64,000 nt of DNA from Nitrospirota bacterium (lineage in GTDB: Bacteria; Nitrospirota; Leptospirillia; Leptospirillales; Leptospirillaceae), in the NCBI GenBank assembly GCA_021820445.1, contig JAKADN010000002.1, positions 18,793 to 82,792 on the forward strand, in the 5' to 3' direction. Of the stretch, positions 30,203 through 39,251 are shown one piece after another. The stretch's first letter is position 1. Every line of letters begins with the position of its first letter. The position numbers and the translations under genes were made by a program. The notes beneath the pieces are model-generated. The model did not search any database. It was not told where the DNA came from and saw nothing but the letters and a program-made list of their open reading frames with translations.

Positions 30203-31698
30203 GATCCCTCACTTCCATGGGTGATCTCCAAAGCCCGGACCATCGCCTGGGCCTTGGCCAGGATCTCCTGATTCTCACGCTCCGGATCGCTATCTGCGAC
30301 GATCCCGGCCCCCGCCTGAAAAAACCCCCTAGAACCCGAAATGAACACCGACCGGATGGCAATCGCAAGATCCACGTCACCCGAAAAGGAAACGACCCCG
30401 ACGCATCCGGCATAAGGTCCCCGACGAATCGTCTCCAGATCCTCGATGATTTCCATCGCCCGGATTTTTGGAGCTCCCGAAAGAGTTCCCGCCGGATGCG
30501 CCGCCCTGATGACATCGAAACCCGTCTTCCCCTCGGCAAGCTCTCCCGTCACATGGCTCACGATGTGTGTGACATGGGAATAGTGTTCGAGAACCATCAT
30601 TTCGCTAACCCGCACCCCTCCTTTTCCCGAAATACGGCCCACGTCGTTGCGTCCCAGGTCAACTAACATGACGTGTTCGGCACGCTCCTTCGGATCGGCC
30701 AGCAACGCCTGTGAACGCCGAGCATCTTCCTCCGGATCTCCCGATCTGCGGACCGTCCCTGCAATGGGTCTGAGATCAACGGTTTTCCCGGTGACCCTCA
30801 CAAAAAGCTCCGGAGAAGAGCCGACCAAGGAAAAAGGTCCATTCTCGATAAGATAAAGATAGGGAGAAGGATTGATGGAGCGAAGAACGCGGTACAGGGT
30901 CAAGGGAGAACCTTCCCAGTCGAATTCAAAGCGACGGGAAAGAACAACCTGAAAAATGTCTCCGGCCCTGATGTGCTCCTTCGCCCGTTCAACGGCCTGC
31001 TTGAATTTTTCAGCATCCGGAATCTCCCGGACAGCAAAGCGTCCTCTCTGTTCAGAAAGAGCGGGTTTCGGAAGGGGGCGCGACAAGAAAAGTGATTCCC
31101 AGAATGTCTGGAGACGCACCCTCGCCTCTTCATAAAGACGGACCGGGTCACCATTCTGACGATCAGCCCAGGTCATGATCCGAATTTTTTGAAGGGCATG
31201 ATCGAAAATGACCATGATTTCGGGAACGACGAAGTCCAGGTCCGGAAAATCATCGGCGTGCGGAAGAGTATGCGGCAGATCCTCGAAACACCGGACCATG
31301 TCGTAGGAAAAGTATCCGATCGCCCCCTGGGAAAAGACGGGGAATCTGCTGTCGACAAAGGCATCCAGAGAAGCCATCGCATGAGAAAAGCTGTCGAGGA
31401 GATCTCCTTCATGGTGGACCGATGAAACGACCCGTCCTTCCCGGAATGTCTGGACAGTCACTCCGCCTTTGAGGGTCCCCCTGAAAGAGAAATGAACCCC
31501 CGACCCCACAAAGGAATATCGCCCCCAGCGGTCCCCTCCCGTCGCGCTCTCGAGAAGAAATTTCGGAGCGGCGGACGGAAGGGCGGAATAGACGCCAGGA
31601 GGCGTCAGAAAATCGGACAAAGCCTCTCCCACGACGGGAACAAGCCTGTGGCGTTTCATCTCCGAAAGAAAATCCACGGAAGACGTTGACAGAATCAC
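30190..31698 (-). CDS. trpE: Anthranilate synthase component I
   Basis: Chorismate-binding C-terminus (GPYAGCVGVVSFSGDVDLAIAIRS...AGAGIVADSDPE). GTG start with a GGGGGAGG Shine-Dalgarno sequence, overlapping the upstream stop as GTGA. Confidence 0.9.
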   Translation of the reverse strand: MILSTSSVDFLSEMKRHRLVPVVGEALSDFLTPPGVYSALPSAAPKFLLESATGGDRWGRYSFVGSGVHFSFRGTLKGGVTVQTFREGRVVSSVHHEGDLLDSFSHAMASLDAFVDSRFPVFSQGAIGYFSYDMVRCFEDLPHTLPHADDFPDLDFVVPEIMVIFDHALQKIRIMTWADRQNGDPVRLYEEARVRLQTFWESLFLSRPLPKPALSEQRGRFAVREIPDAEKFKQAVERAKEHIRAGDIFQVVLSRRFEFDWEGSPLTLYRVLRSINPSPYLYLIENGPFSLVGSSPELFVRVTGKTVDLRPIAGTVRRSGDPEEDARRSQALLADPKERAEHVMLVDLGRNDVGRISGKGGVRVSEMMVLEHYSHVTHIVSHVTGELAEGKTGFDVIRAAHPAGTLSGAPKIRAMEIIEDLETIRRGPYAGCVGVVSFSGDVDLAIAIRSVFISGSRGFFQAGAGIVADSDPERENQEILAKAQAMVRALEITHGSEGSWLF

Positions 31699-33200
31699 GA
31701 GCCTCCCCCTTTTTCCCGAAGTCTTCTCCAGAGGGTCGATCGACCGATACCAAGGAGGCGGGCCGCTTCGGACATGTTGCCGTTTGTCCGCTCCATGGCT
31801 TTCTGAATCAGCGCGTCCTCAATGTTTTTAAGAGGCTGAGGAAGAGACAGCACCGAATCCAGGAAGGGGCGCTCGCCAGGCGGTGTCCAGAGATCCCTGG
31901 GAAGGTCCTTGACATCCACCATGCGCCCCGTAGACAGCAGAACGGCATGCTCCATAATGTTCTGAAGCTCCCTGATGTTTCCCGGATAGTCATGATTGAG
32001 AAGCACGTCCAGGGCGGACTGGGTCACCCCCTCAATGTTTTTCCCGAACTCGGCGGTGTACCTCGCGAGAAAGGCCGATACCAGAAGAGGAATATCCTCC
32101 CGTCTCTCCCGGAGTGGGGGCAGTGAGAGCGGGACGACCCGGAGCCGGTAGTACAGATCCTTGCGGAACGATCCCTCTTCGATGGCTTTTTTCAAATCCC
32201 GATTCGTGGCCGCGATGACCCGGACATCGACCTTCAGAGTTTTCGTTCCTCCGACCCGCTCGAATTCCTCCTCCTGAAGGACTCGCAGAAGCTTGACCTG
32301 CATGGCGGCGGAAATTTCCCCAATTTCATCCAGAAAAAGCGTTCCCCCCGAGGCCATTTCAAATCGGCCCGGCTTGCTTGATACCGCGCCCGTGAAGGCT
32401 CCGCGGACATGGCCAAACAGTTCGGATTCGAGGACACCCTCCGACAGCGCGGCACAGTTGACCTTAATGAAAGGGCCTTCTTTCCGGGGGCTGTTTTCGT
32501 GGATGGCATGCGCCACCAACTCCTTGCCGGTCCCGCTTTCACCTTCGATCAGTACGGTCGACTTGCTCTGGGCCACGACCGGCAAAAGGTCGAACAGCTC
32601 TTTCATCCGCTGGCTCTGACCGATGATCCGGCCGAAGGAATAACGTCCTTTCAACTCCTTGCGCAGTTCAGCGATCTGGGTCACGTCATGAAAGATTTCG
32701 ACCCCGCCTATGACCTGCTCCTCGGCATTGCGCAGAAGGGCCGTATTGACGCGGACGAGTCGGCTCCTCCGGTGGTGGTCCGTGAGGGTGATTTCGTAAT
32801 TTCTGAAGGATTCTCCCGTTTCGAGTGTCTTTTCCAGAAGGCAGCGTGCGCTGCACACGGAAGTTCGCATGGCCTTCTGGCAATCCATTCCGGAAAAGTC
32901 CCCTTCCGGCATGCCCAGGATTTCACGGGCGGCTCGGTTCATGTACAGGATCTTCTTGTCGAGTCCTATCGCAACGACTCCTTCTTCGAGCGAGTCCAGA
33001 ATGATCGCGGGACCGAGTCCGGAAAAGGACCCATTTGCGAGGTCAATGGCAGAAGAGATTCCCGCCGATTCAGAATTTTCCCAGGATGAAAGCACGGGAA
33101 GAAAAGAGGGATTTTGATTGGCCATATCAGCAGAACTCCGGCTCACGCCCTTAACGGAAACCCCGGATCCGACGTTGTTCTCAATTCCGGAAAGCGCCAC
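31695..33200 (-). CDS. Sigma-54-dependent transcriptional activator (PAS sensor + AAA+ + Fis-type HTH)
   Basis: PAS-like N-terminus (VVAIGLDKKILYMNRAAREILG). Walker A GESGTGKELVA, a GAFTGA box (RGAFTGA), and a C-terminal HTH AARLLGIGRSTLWRRLRE. The start may instead be the ATG at 33125. Confidence 0.85.
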   Translation of the reverse strand: MALSGIENNVGSGVSVKGVSRSSADMANQNPSFLPVLSSWENSESAGISSAIDLANGSFSGLGPAIILDSLEEGVVAIGLDKKILYMNRAAREILGMPEGDFSGMDCQKAMRTSVCSARCLLEKTLETGESFRNYEITLTDHHRRSRLVRVNTALLRNAEEQVIGGVEIFHDVTQIAELRKELKGRYSFGRIIGQSQRMKELFDLLPVVAQSKSTVLIEGESGTGKELVAHAIHENSPRKEGPFIKVNCAALSEGVLESELFGHVRGAFTGAVSSKPGRFEMASGGTLFLDEIGEISAAMQVKLLRVLQEEEFERVGGTKTLKVDVRVIAATNRDLKKAIEEGSFRKDLYYRLRVVPLSLPPLRERREDIPLLVSAFLARYTAEFGKNIEGVTQSALDVLLNHDYPGNIRELQNIMEHAVLLSTGRMVDVKDLPRDLWTPPGERPFLDSVLSLPQPLKNIEDALIQKAMERTNGNMSEAARLLGIGRSTLWRRLREKGGGS

Positions 33201-33483
33201 CCGGAGAAAGTGTCAAGGCTCCGGCTGGACAGGTCACAAGGCACAACCTGCATCGGATGCAGTCGGCGTATCGGAGGGCCGGGGCCTTCTCTCCGAGATG
33301 TCCGGGTGTCTCCAGACCGAGAACTCCGGTCGGACAAAGCTCCTCGCAACTTCCGCAAGGGCCGACCTGAAAACAGGTCGCGGCCTTCCAGAGTATGGCT
33401 CCTCCCGCCACCCGAAAAAGGCCGGGAATGTCCATCATACCATCGGCCGCATCCAAACCCAAATCATCCCCCGCCTCTTGCAT
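33181..33483 (-). CDS. Small 4Fe-4S dicluster ferredoxin-like protein
   Basis: One canonical motif, CIRCRLCLVTCP, and one atypical, CFQVGPCGSCEELCP. I prefer the internal ATG at 33483, just after the nudix stop; the ORF extends to 33543. Confidence 0.5.
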   Translation of the reverse strand: MQEAGDDLGLDAADGMMDIPGLFRVAGGAILWKAATCFQVGPCGSCEELCPTGVLGLETPGHLGEKAPALRYADCIRCRLCLVTCPAGALTLSPGGAFRN

Positions 33484-33484
33484 G

Positions 33485-33994
33485 CTACCGATTCCCCTGA
33501 AAAAGGCCAGCCCATCCCAGCGCGACAAGAGTCTTCGAATCACGAATCATCCCCGATCTGACGAGTTCGGATATCTCATCCTGGGCATAGAATACGGGTG
33601 GCTCGATCCATTCATCCTCTTCGGGCTGGGGATTGCCGAGTCTTCCCCCTTTCGCCAGAACAAGGTGGATGACCTCGTCGCAAAATCCGGGCGTGGTCCA
33701 GATCGATGTCATCACCCGAAGGGTCATTCCCGTTATTCCGGTTTCCTCGCGCAATTCTCGGGCAGCCGCGACCAGAATATCTTCCCCTTCTTCGATCTTT
33801 CCAGCCGGAATTTCAAGGATGGCACTCTCCACAGCCGGACGATACTGACGGATGAGAACAATCCGTCCGTCATCAAGGACAGGGAGAATGGCAACTCCTT
33901 GGCCAAAGCGGACGATTTCGAAATCCCGGGCGGCTTTTTCTCCCGGAACCTCCATGAGGTCCACACTTATTCTCCGTCCCTTCCAGACGATCAT
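33485..33994 (-). CDS. NUDIX hydrolase (ADP-ribose pyrophosphatase-like)
   Basis: Nudix box GKIEEGEDILVAAARELREETGI. Confidence 0.8.
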   Translation of the reverse strand: MIVWKGRRISVDLMEVPGEKAARDFEIVRFGQGVAILPVLDDGRIVLIRQYRPAVESAILEIPAGKIEEGEDILVAAARELREETGITGMTLRVMTSIWTTPGFCDEVIHLVLAKGGRLGNPQPEEDEWIEPPVFYAQDEISELVRSGMIRDSKTLVALGWAGLFQGNR

Positions 33995-34016
33995 CCCTCC
34001 CCCGATCGAATATTGA

Positions 34017-34520
34017 ATGTTGGTTGATTATATGCTATTTTCTGCACCCATGGTAGACAAACAATATGTCCTCACCCCGGATAAAAAAGGTGCCCTGACA
34101 AGCGGTCTCTTCCATGGGTCGGCCCTCGTTCTGTCCGGCATTCTCTCTTTCGGCTACATCGTCCACCACCAGACCTCCTCGCTCTGGTTTTATCTTTTCT
34201 TCGGAGCCTTCTGGCTCGTTCTCTTTTCGGGATTCACCTCCATCGTGAACCAGTGTCTTCTTCTGACCCCCCGCTCTCTCAAGTCCATCAGGACAACGGG
34301 TTCCTCGATCATCCTGGAATGGAAAAACGGGGATGCCGACGAACTCGTCCGCAAAATCCAGTGTCATGGAAGCCGGACCATTCTCGGAATTTGGGGACAA
34401 ACGGTCGACAAAAGAAGAGTCCAGACAACCCTCCGGCGAAACTCCCTTCCCCCCGAAAAGGTCCAGGAACTTCTGTCGGACATCGATCGGATTCAGGCTC
34501 TCGAAAAGCGGACTGCCTGA
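34017..34520 (+). CDS. Hypothetical membrane protein (two TM helices + soluble C-terminal domain)
   Basis: 167-aa ORF with two hydrophobic helices followed by a beta-rich domain. No confident family. The start codon is uncertain. Confidence 0.45.
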   Translation: MLVDYMLFSAPMVDKQYVLTPDKKGALTSGLFHGSALVLSGILSFGYIVHHQTSSLWFYLFFGAFWLVLFSGFTSIVNQCLLLTPRSLKSIRTTGSSIILEWKNGDADELVRKIQCHGSRTILGIWGQTVDKRRVQTTLRRNSLPPEKVQELLSDIDRIQALEKRTA

Positions 34521-34608
34521 CCTCTTGCCTTCAGGACCGCTCTCCCTTAACCTTTTGAGAGAGGGACTTATTGAAGACTGATCGCTCCCTGACAAGGAAA
34601 AAGGGTTA

Positions 34609-34908
34609 ATGGCATCAAAAGACACTTCGCTTTTCGGCCTTGCGAAACGACATCCCTTGCTGACCTCCGTTTTTGGGTTCTGGGGATTCGGCTATACATT
34701 CATGGTTCCGAACTTTCTGGGGGGTCGCTTCCTCTCGGCCTTCTTTCATGCGGTAGGGAGCAACCCGTCAAAGGTGTTCATGGGTTTCGGAGCCCTTTTT
34801 TTCATGGTCTTTCTTTTTGCCGGCATCGTCCCTTTTGGCCTTTGGTATTTCGTGTGCAAGGCGCTCGAAAGCGGCGACGATCCGACATCCAACACGGGAA
34901 ACGGTTAG
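34609..34908 (+). CDS. Hypothetical small membrane protein
   Basis: 99 aa with about three hydrophobic segments. It ends 3 nt before the DUF420-like gene. Confidence 0.4.
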   Translation: MASKDTSLFGLAKRHPLLTSVFGFWGFGYTFMVPNFLGGRFLSAFFHAVGSNPSKVFMGFGALFFMVFLFAGIVPFGLWYFVCKALESGDDPTSNTGNG

Positions 34909-34911
34909 AGC

Positions 34912-35517
34912 ATGCATGGATTTCTTGGAACAAAAGCCGACTTCTGGTGGGACCTGACGATCACCAGTGAAACGATCGTTTTTTCCTGCCTGTTTTTCGG
35001 AGCCTATCTCGGACGCAAACATCGCGGAACGGCCCACCATAACTCCATGCTTCTTTCGACCATTCTGGTGGCCGGGTGGTTCCTGATGTATCTTGCCCAG
35101 CAATATATCGTCGGAATCGTCGGGTTCGGCGGCCCACAAATGATCAAATACATGGTCTATTATCCGATCATCATCTTCCATTCCCTTGTTTCCACCGCAG
35201 CCCTGATCCTGACGGGAGTCGTTGTCTTTAACGGCTTCATGTCGACAGAGGTATTGAACGGACAGCGAATCCTCAAGAAGAATCCTCTGGTTCATAAGCG
35301 GCTGGGCTGGGTCACCCTTCTTTCCTTCGTCTTTTCCATCGTTACAGCCTACACCGTTTATGCCATGCTCTTTGTGATCTATAATCCAGCCAGAACCCCC
35401 ACCTATGGCATCAAGTCTTCGATCGGCGCCCTATCCGGAATCGGGGCCTTTGTTCTGATTGGCCTTCTCACCCTCTTCTGGTACCTGAACCGTAGCCGGG
35501 TGAGAACGGGAACCTGA
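34912..35517 (+). CDS. DUF420-like (CtaM-like) membrane protein
   Basis: 201 aa with 4-5 TM helices. The N-terminal pattern FLGTKADFWWDLTI...HRGTAHHNSML resembles DUF420. Confidence 0.5.
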   Translation: MHGFLGTKADFWWDLTITSETIVFSCLFFGAYLGRKHRGTAHHNSMLLSTILVAGWFLMYLAQQYIVGIVGFGGPQMIKYMVYYPIIIFHSLVSTAALILTGVVVFNGFMSTEVLNGQRILKKNPLVHKRLGWVTLLSFVFSIVTAYTVYAMLFVIYNPARTPTYGIKSSIGALSGIGAFVLIGLLTLFWYLNRSRVRTGT

Positions 35518-35561
35518 TAAAAACGGATCTTGTCGATCTATTCCGAAAATGACAAAAAAAA

Positions 35562-35590
35562 GGCAACCCGATTTGGGTTGCCTTTTTTTT
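35562..35590. terminator. Bidirectional rho-independent terminator between convergent genes
   Basis: AAAAAAAA-GGCAACCC-GATTT-GGGTTGCC-TTTTTTTT lies between the stops at 35517 (+) and 35603 (-). Confidence 0.75.
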
Positions 35591-35602
35591 ATTGAAATGG
35601 CC

Positions 35603-36943
35603 TCAGTAATACTCGACCGTATCGATCCCTTTCCGGGACACATAATTAAAGAAAAGATTCGAAGGCAGGCCGTCCCGATGGAAGGTATAGGGACTCTTGG
35701 GAAATATGAGCCGCTTCATGATTGAGCGCGGAGAATAAAAAGACCTCTGGACCCAGTCAATCCCGGTTTCGACGTCTTCCTTGGTCATGTTTTTAGGGAT
35801 GAACATACAGACATGGCCCGATGAATATTGATCGGCGGTCGGGTCGACGACTCTATTTTCCAGATTGAGCCGTTCCCGGAGTGGCGTTCCCTCTCTCGGA
35901 GAGACGATACTGAAAAAGGCGAGAGGCGCCCGGACTTTCTCCAGAAACTCCAGTGTCGCCGGGAAAACATCCTTCGTATCATGATCGAGACCAAACATCA
36001 GATTCAGGGAGTAAAAAAGCCCTCTCCGTTCCATGGCCTTCAAAAGATCGATGTAATCCTTCACATGATTCTGTTTTTTATGGATGGCGTTGAGATTTTC
36101 CTGATTGATGCTCTCCATTCCGATGTTGACATGGATGCACCCGGCATCGATGGCCAAATCCAGAAGCTCTTCGTCATGGTTCGTGTTCAGGGTCCAGAGA
36201 CAGCTCCATTTGATCCCCAGCGGCTTCAAAGCCTTGAACAGTTCTCTGGCAAAGGTGTGTTTCCCCGTCAGCTGATCGTCAATGAACTGGAACTGGTTGA
36301 TCCCCATGATCCGCTTCTGGGTCGCAATCTCCTCGACGATATTTTCGATAGGGCGCATCCGGTAGGCCCCATCGTAAACGACTGGAACCTCGCAAAAATC
36401 ACAGTGATAATTGCATCCGCGGGTCGCCTGAATCGGCATCATATGAATCCGGTATCGCGACAGATCGAGCAATTCATAACGGGGACGTGGAAGGGATTTC
36501 ATGTCGCAGGGCTGATCGCCTTTGTAGATCGATTTCATTTTCCCTGCCCTTAGATCATCGAGAAGGGGCTGCCACACATGCTCCGCTTCCCCTACCACCA
36601 CGCTGTCTGCATGAACAAGCGTATCGGCAGGATGAAGCGTGGCATGAAACCCGCCCATGACAACAGGAATTTTTCTCTCCCGGAACTTCTTTGATATTTC
36701 ATAGGCTCTCTGAGCCGACCCTGTTGTCGTCGTGATGGCCACCAGATCGAAGTCACCATCGAACGGGATTTTCTGGACCTTGTCGTCGATCACCGTGACA
36801 TGGTCGGACTCGGGGGTGAGTCCTGCCAGGTAGGCGGTAACCATCGTCATGATCAGTCTTTTCTTTGACTGGACAGGTGTTCCTGACAACCGCATCAGGG
36901 TGGGTTGCACAAAAAGTATGCGAAGATTTTTCTCATTACCCAT
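35603..36943 (-). CDS. B12-binding-domain radical SAM enzyme
   Basis: N-terminal cobalamin-binding-like Rossmann segment and CxxxCxxC (ATRGCNYHCDFCEV). The ATG at 36943 has an AAGGAG Shine-Dalgarno sequence; the ORF extends to a TTG at 36970. Confidence 0.8.
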   Translation of the reverse strand: MGNEKNLRILFVQPTLMRLSGTPVQSKKRLIMTMVTAYLAGLTPESDHVTVIDDKVQKIPFDGDFDLVAITTTTGSAQRAYEISKKFRERKIPVVMGGFHATLHPADTLVHADSVVVGEAEHVWQPLLDDLRAGKMKSIYKGDQPCDMKSLPRPRYELLDLSRYRIHMMPIQATRGCNYHCDFCEVPVVYDGAYRMRPIENIVEEIATQKRIMGINQFQFIDDQLTGKHTFARELFKALKPLGIKWSCLWTLNTNHDEELLDLAIDAGCIHVNIGMESINQENLNAIHKKQNHVKDYIDLLKAMERRGLFYSLNLMFGLDHDTKDVFPATLEFLEKVRAPLAFFSIVSPREGTPLRERLNLENRVVDPTADQYSSGHVCMFIPKNMTKEDVETGIDWVQRSFYSPRSIMKRLIFPKSPYTFHRDGLPSNLFFNYVSRKGIDTVEYY

Positions 36944-37129
36944 CTCTAACTCCTTTCCTCGATCTTTCAAGACACCATATCCAGAGAATTCGTAAGAGTA
37001 ACGCTTTCTCTATCCTGAAGCTGACGTCTTAACTATAGTTCGCACTCAAATCGTAGTCAATCGACATCCAGCCAGGATTGATGCAAAATAAATTCGAGTC
37101 ATTTTAATTTCTGGAGAACAGGGACGACC

Positions 37130-38386
37130 TTGAAACAAAGCGAAATGACGCATCGGATCATCGCTTCGATCCGGTCTGATGAGGGGCGCTCGAAGGCCAT
37201 TTGGAAGGGGATGACCCTTGAAACAGTCTTCCAGCCCGTCTTCGCGGTTGCACAAAGAAGAATAGTCGGCGTCGAAGCCCTGGCACGTGGCGTGAATCAC
37301 CAGGGAACCCCCCTTCTCCCCCGTGACATATTCCCTTCTGCAACAACGCTTGAGCAGACCGTCTTCCTTGATCGTCTCCTTCGAACGATCCATCTTCTCA
37401 ACTTCAGCCGCATTTTTCCCGACCCTCTTTGGCTATTCTTGAACGTAGACCCCAAAGCGGCCACTTCAGGCCGAAAATTCGGTCGATTTTTCCAAGAAAT
37501 TCTCGAATGGACCGGAGTCGATCCCCAAAAACTGGTCGTCGAAATCCTCGAGTCCGCAATTGATGAAAAGTCCTTGTTGACGGAAGCAGCGGCTTATTAT
37601 CGGGATTGCGGAACACTGATCGCGATCGATGACTTCGGGTCGGGACATTCCAACTTCGACCGGATCTGGTCGATCAAGCCTGAAATCGTAAAAATTGACC
37701 GCAGCATGATCCTGCATGCATCCAAAAGCATGGATGTGCGCAGACTCATGCCAGAAATGGTTTCTCTTGTTCGCGCCTCAGGCTCGCTTTGCCTGATCGA
37801 GGGGATAGAAAGTCCGGAAGAAGGGCGGATCGCGCTGGAAACCGAGACCGATTTTGTGCAAGGATTTCATTTCGGACGACCGGAAGTTCACCCAGACATT
37901 GCCACCGGATTTCAATTCGAACGGCTTCTCGAAGACATCCAAAATGCCGATCCCCCGCAAAAAGACTCCCTCGCATTTTCAAAAATACTCGAACGATTTT
38001 ACTCCCTTGTCGATTCGACTCCGGACAAGCGGCAAAAAATGACCCTGGACGGCCTCTTCTCCGACTATCCGTGTGTTGTCCGCTATTTCATCCTCGACGA
38101 CAAAGGCCAACAGGTCGGGGTCAATATGGACCGCCTCTCCTTCGGAGGGGTCGACCACCGGTTTCGTCCCCTTATGGATACTTCTCGTGCCAACTGGTCC
38201 CATCGGGCCTATTTCCGGCATGCCATGGGCCATTTTGGTCATGTCCATATTTCGGAGCCCTATCTCTCCACAACCGGGGTCCATGTGTGCCGGACCATCT
38301 CCCTCGCGGTCAATGCGACGGGACCGATTCGGGTCCACTGTCTCGATCTCGACTGGCCTCTCCTTTCGCAAAGGATTTCCCTCTGA
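37130..38386 (+). CDS. EAL-domain c-di-GMP phosphodiesterase with a C-terminal Cache/PAS-like sensor domain
   Basis: EAL signature residues (VGVEALARG, EILES, IAIDDFGSGHSNF, VKIDRSM, EGIESPEE, QGFHFGRP). The C-terminal ~150 aa carry a Cache-like pattern (RYFILDDKGQQV...ANWSHRAYFRHAM...ISEPYLSTTG). The start (TTG 37130 or ATG 37145) is uncertain. Confidence 0.8.
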   Translation: MKQSEMTHRIIASIRSDEGRSKAIWKGMTLETVFQPVFAVAQRRIVGVEALARGVNHQGTPLLPRDIFPSATTLEQTVFLDRLLRTIHLLNFSRIFPDPLWLFLNVDPKAATSGRKFGRFFQEILEWTGVDPQKLVVEILESAIDEKSLLTEAAAYYRDCGTLIAIDDFGSGHSNFDRIWSIKPEIVKIDRSMILHASKSMDVRRLMPEMVSLVRASGSLCLIEGIESPEEGRIALETETDFVQGFHFGRPEVHPDIATGFQFERLLEDIQNADPPQKDSLAFSKILERFYSLVDSTPDKRQKMTLDGLFSDYPCVVRYFILDDKGQQVGVNMDRLSFGGVDHRFRPLMDTSRANWSHRAYFRHAMGHFGHVHISEPYLSTTGVHVCRTISLAVNATGPIRVHCLDLDWPLLSQRISL

Positions 38387-38502
38387 AGCATAGGTCTGAC
38401 CATGGACTCCTTCTGGATTAGTGGTACCATGGAAAGGCTTTCATGCACGGAATGAGGACGCGGTGATTTTGAAGATTGCCACCTTCAATTGCGGGAGGAT
38501 CC

Positions 38503-39084
38503 ATGAGCAAGGTTCTCGATGACGTTCTTTCAGCGAACAAGGCCTATTCCTCAGATTTTGGCAAGAAGGGAGAACTTCCCCTCCCTCCTGGTCGACAATT
38601 CGCCATTCTGACGTGCATGGACGCCCGGATCGATCCGGCCAAGATGGCGGGTCTTTCGGAGGGGGATGCCCACGTCATCAGAAATGCCGGAGGTAGGGCC
38701 AGTGACGATGCCATTCGCAGCCTCGTCATCTCCTACAAGCTGCTCGGAACGAAGGAGTGGTTCGTCATCCATCATTCGGATTGCGGCATGATGCTCTTCG
38801 ATGATGATGTTATGCGAAATCTCCTCTCGAAAAGCCTAGATACCGCAAGCATAGGGCCGAAAGGATGGGAAGACCACGGAAAGGGTCCGGGATCACAGGA
38901 AGCGGACTACCTGAACTTTCTGACCTTCAAGAACCTGGAAAAGTCCGTGCTGGAAGATGTGGAAAGAATCAGACGTTCACCCCTCGTTCCCGCACGGATT
39001 CCGATATACGGATTCTATTATGACGTCAAAACGGGACGGCTGGTGGAGGTTCCGGCGGCCATGAAGGCTGGGAAAAAATCCTAG
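38503..39084 (+). CDS. Beta-class carbonic anhydrase
   Basis: Zn ligands in CMDARIDP and HHSDCGM, plus [15 protein letters not shown] Shine-Dalgarno sequence before the ATG at 38503. Confidence 0.85.
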   Translation: MSKVLDDVLSANKAYSSDFGKKGELPLPPGRQFAILTCMDARIDPAKMAGLSEGDAHVIRNAGGRASDDAIRSLVISYKLLGTKEWFVIHHSDCGMMLFDDDVMRNLLSKSLDTASIGPKGWEDHGKGPGSQEADYLNFLTFKNLEKSVLEDVERIRRSPLVPARIPIYGFYYDVKTGRLVEVPAAMKAGKKS

Positions 39085-39110
39085 AGACGCTTTTCACAAG
39101 TTTAGACATA

Positions 39111-39187
39111 TGGTGCGCCCGGCTGGAATCGAACCAGCGACCCACAGCTTAGAAGGCTGTTGCTCTATCCGACTGAGCTACGAGCGC
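39111..39187 (-). tRNA. tRNA-Arg (anticodon TCT)
   Basis: The reverse complement folds by eye into a cloverleaf: acceptor GCGCTCG/CGGGCGC, D arm GCTC..GAGC, anticodon stem ACAGC/GCTGT with loop CTTCTAA, T arm GCTGG-TTCGATT-CCAGC, and an encoded CCA. Confidence 0.9.
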
Positions 39188-39199
39188 GATAGCAAGGAT

Positions 39200-39234
39200 A
39201 AAACGGTGGAAATCTAATAGATTTCCACCGTTTT
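39200..39234. terminator. Perfect 16-bp inverted repeat (hairpin) between tRNA-Arg and the cbtB-like gene
   Basis: AAAACGGTGGAAATCT-AAT-AGATTTCCACCGTTTT. It lies about 18 nt downstream of the minus-strand stop at 39252, consistent with a terminator. Confidence 0.5.
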
Positions 39235-39251
39235 ACTGGAATGAATGACGA

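Noticed and set aside
36971-37129. Cobalamin riboswitch upstream of the B12-radical SAM gene (and likewise upstream of the cbtB-like gene at 39459-39962)
   Set aside because: The regions are too short (159 nt and about 100 nt) and I see no B12-box-like GCCACTG core. This should still be confirmed with an Rfam scan.
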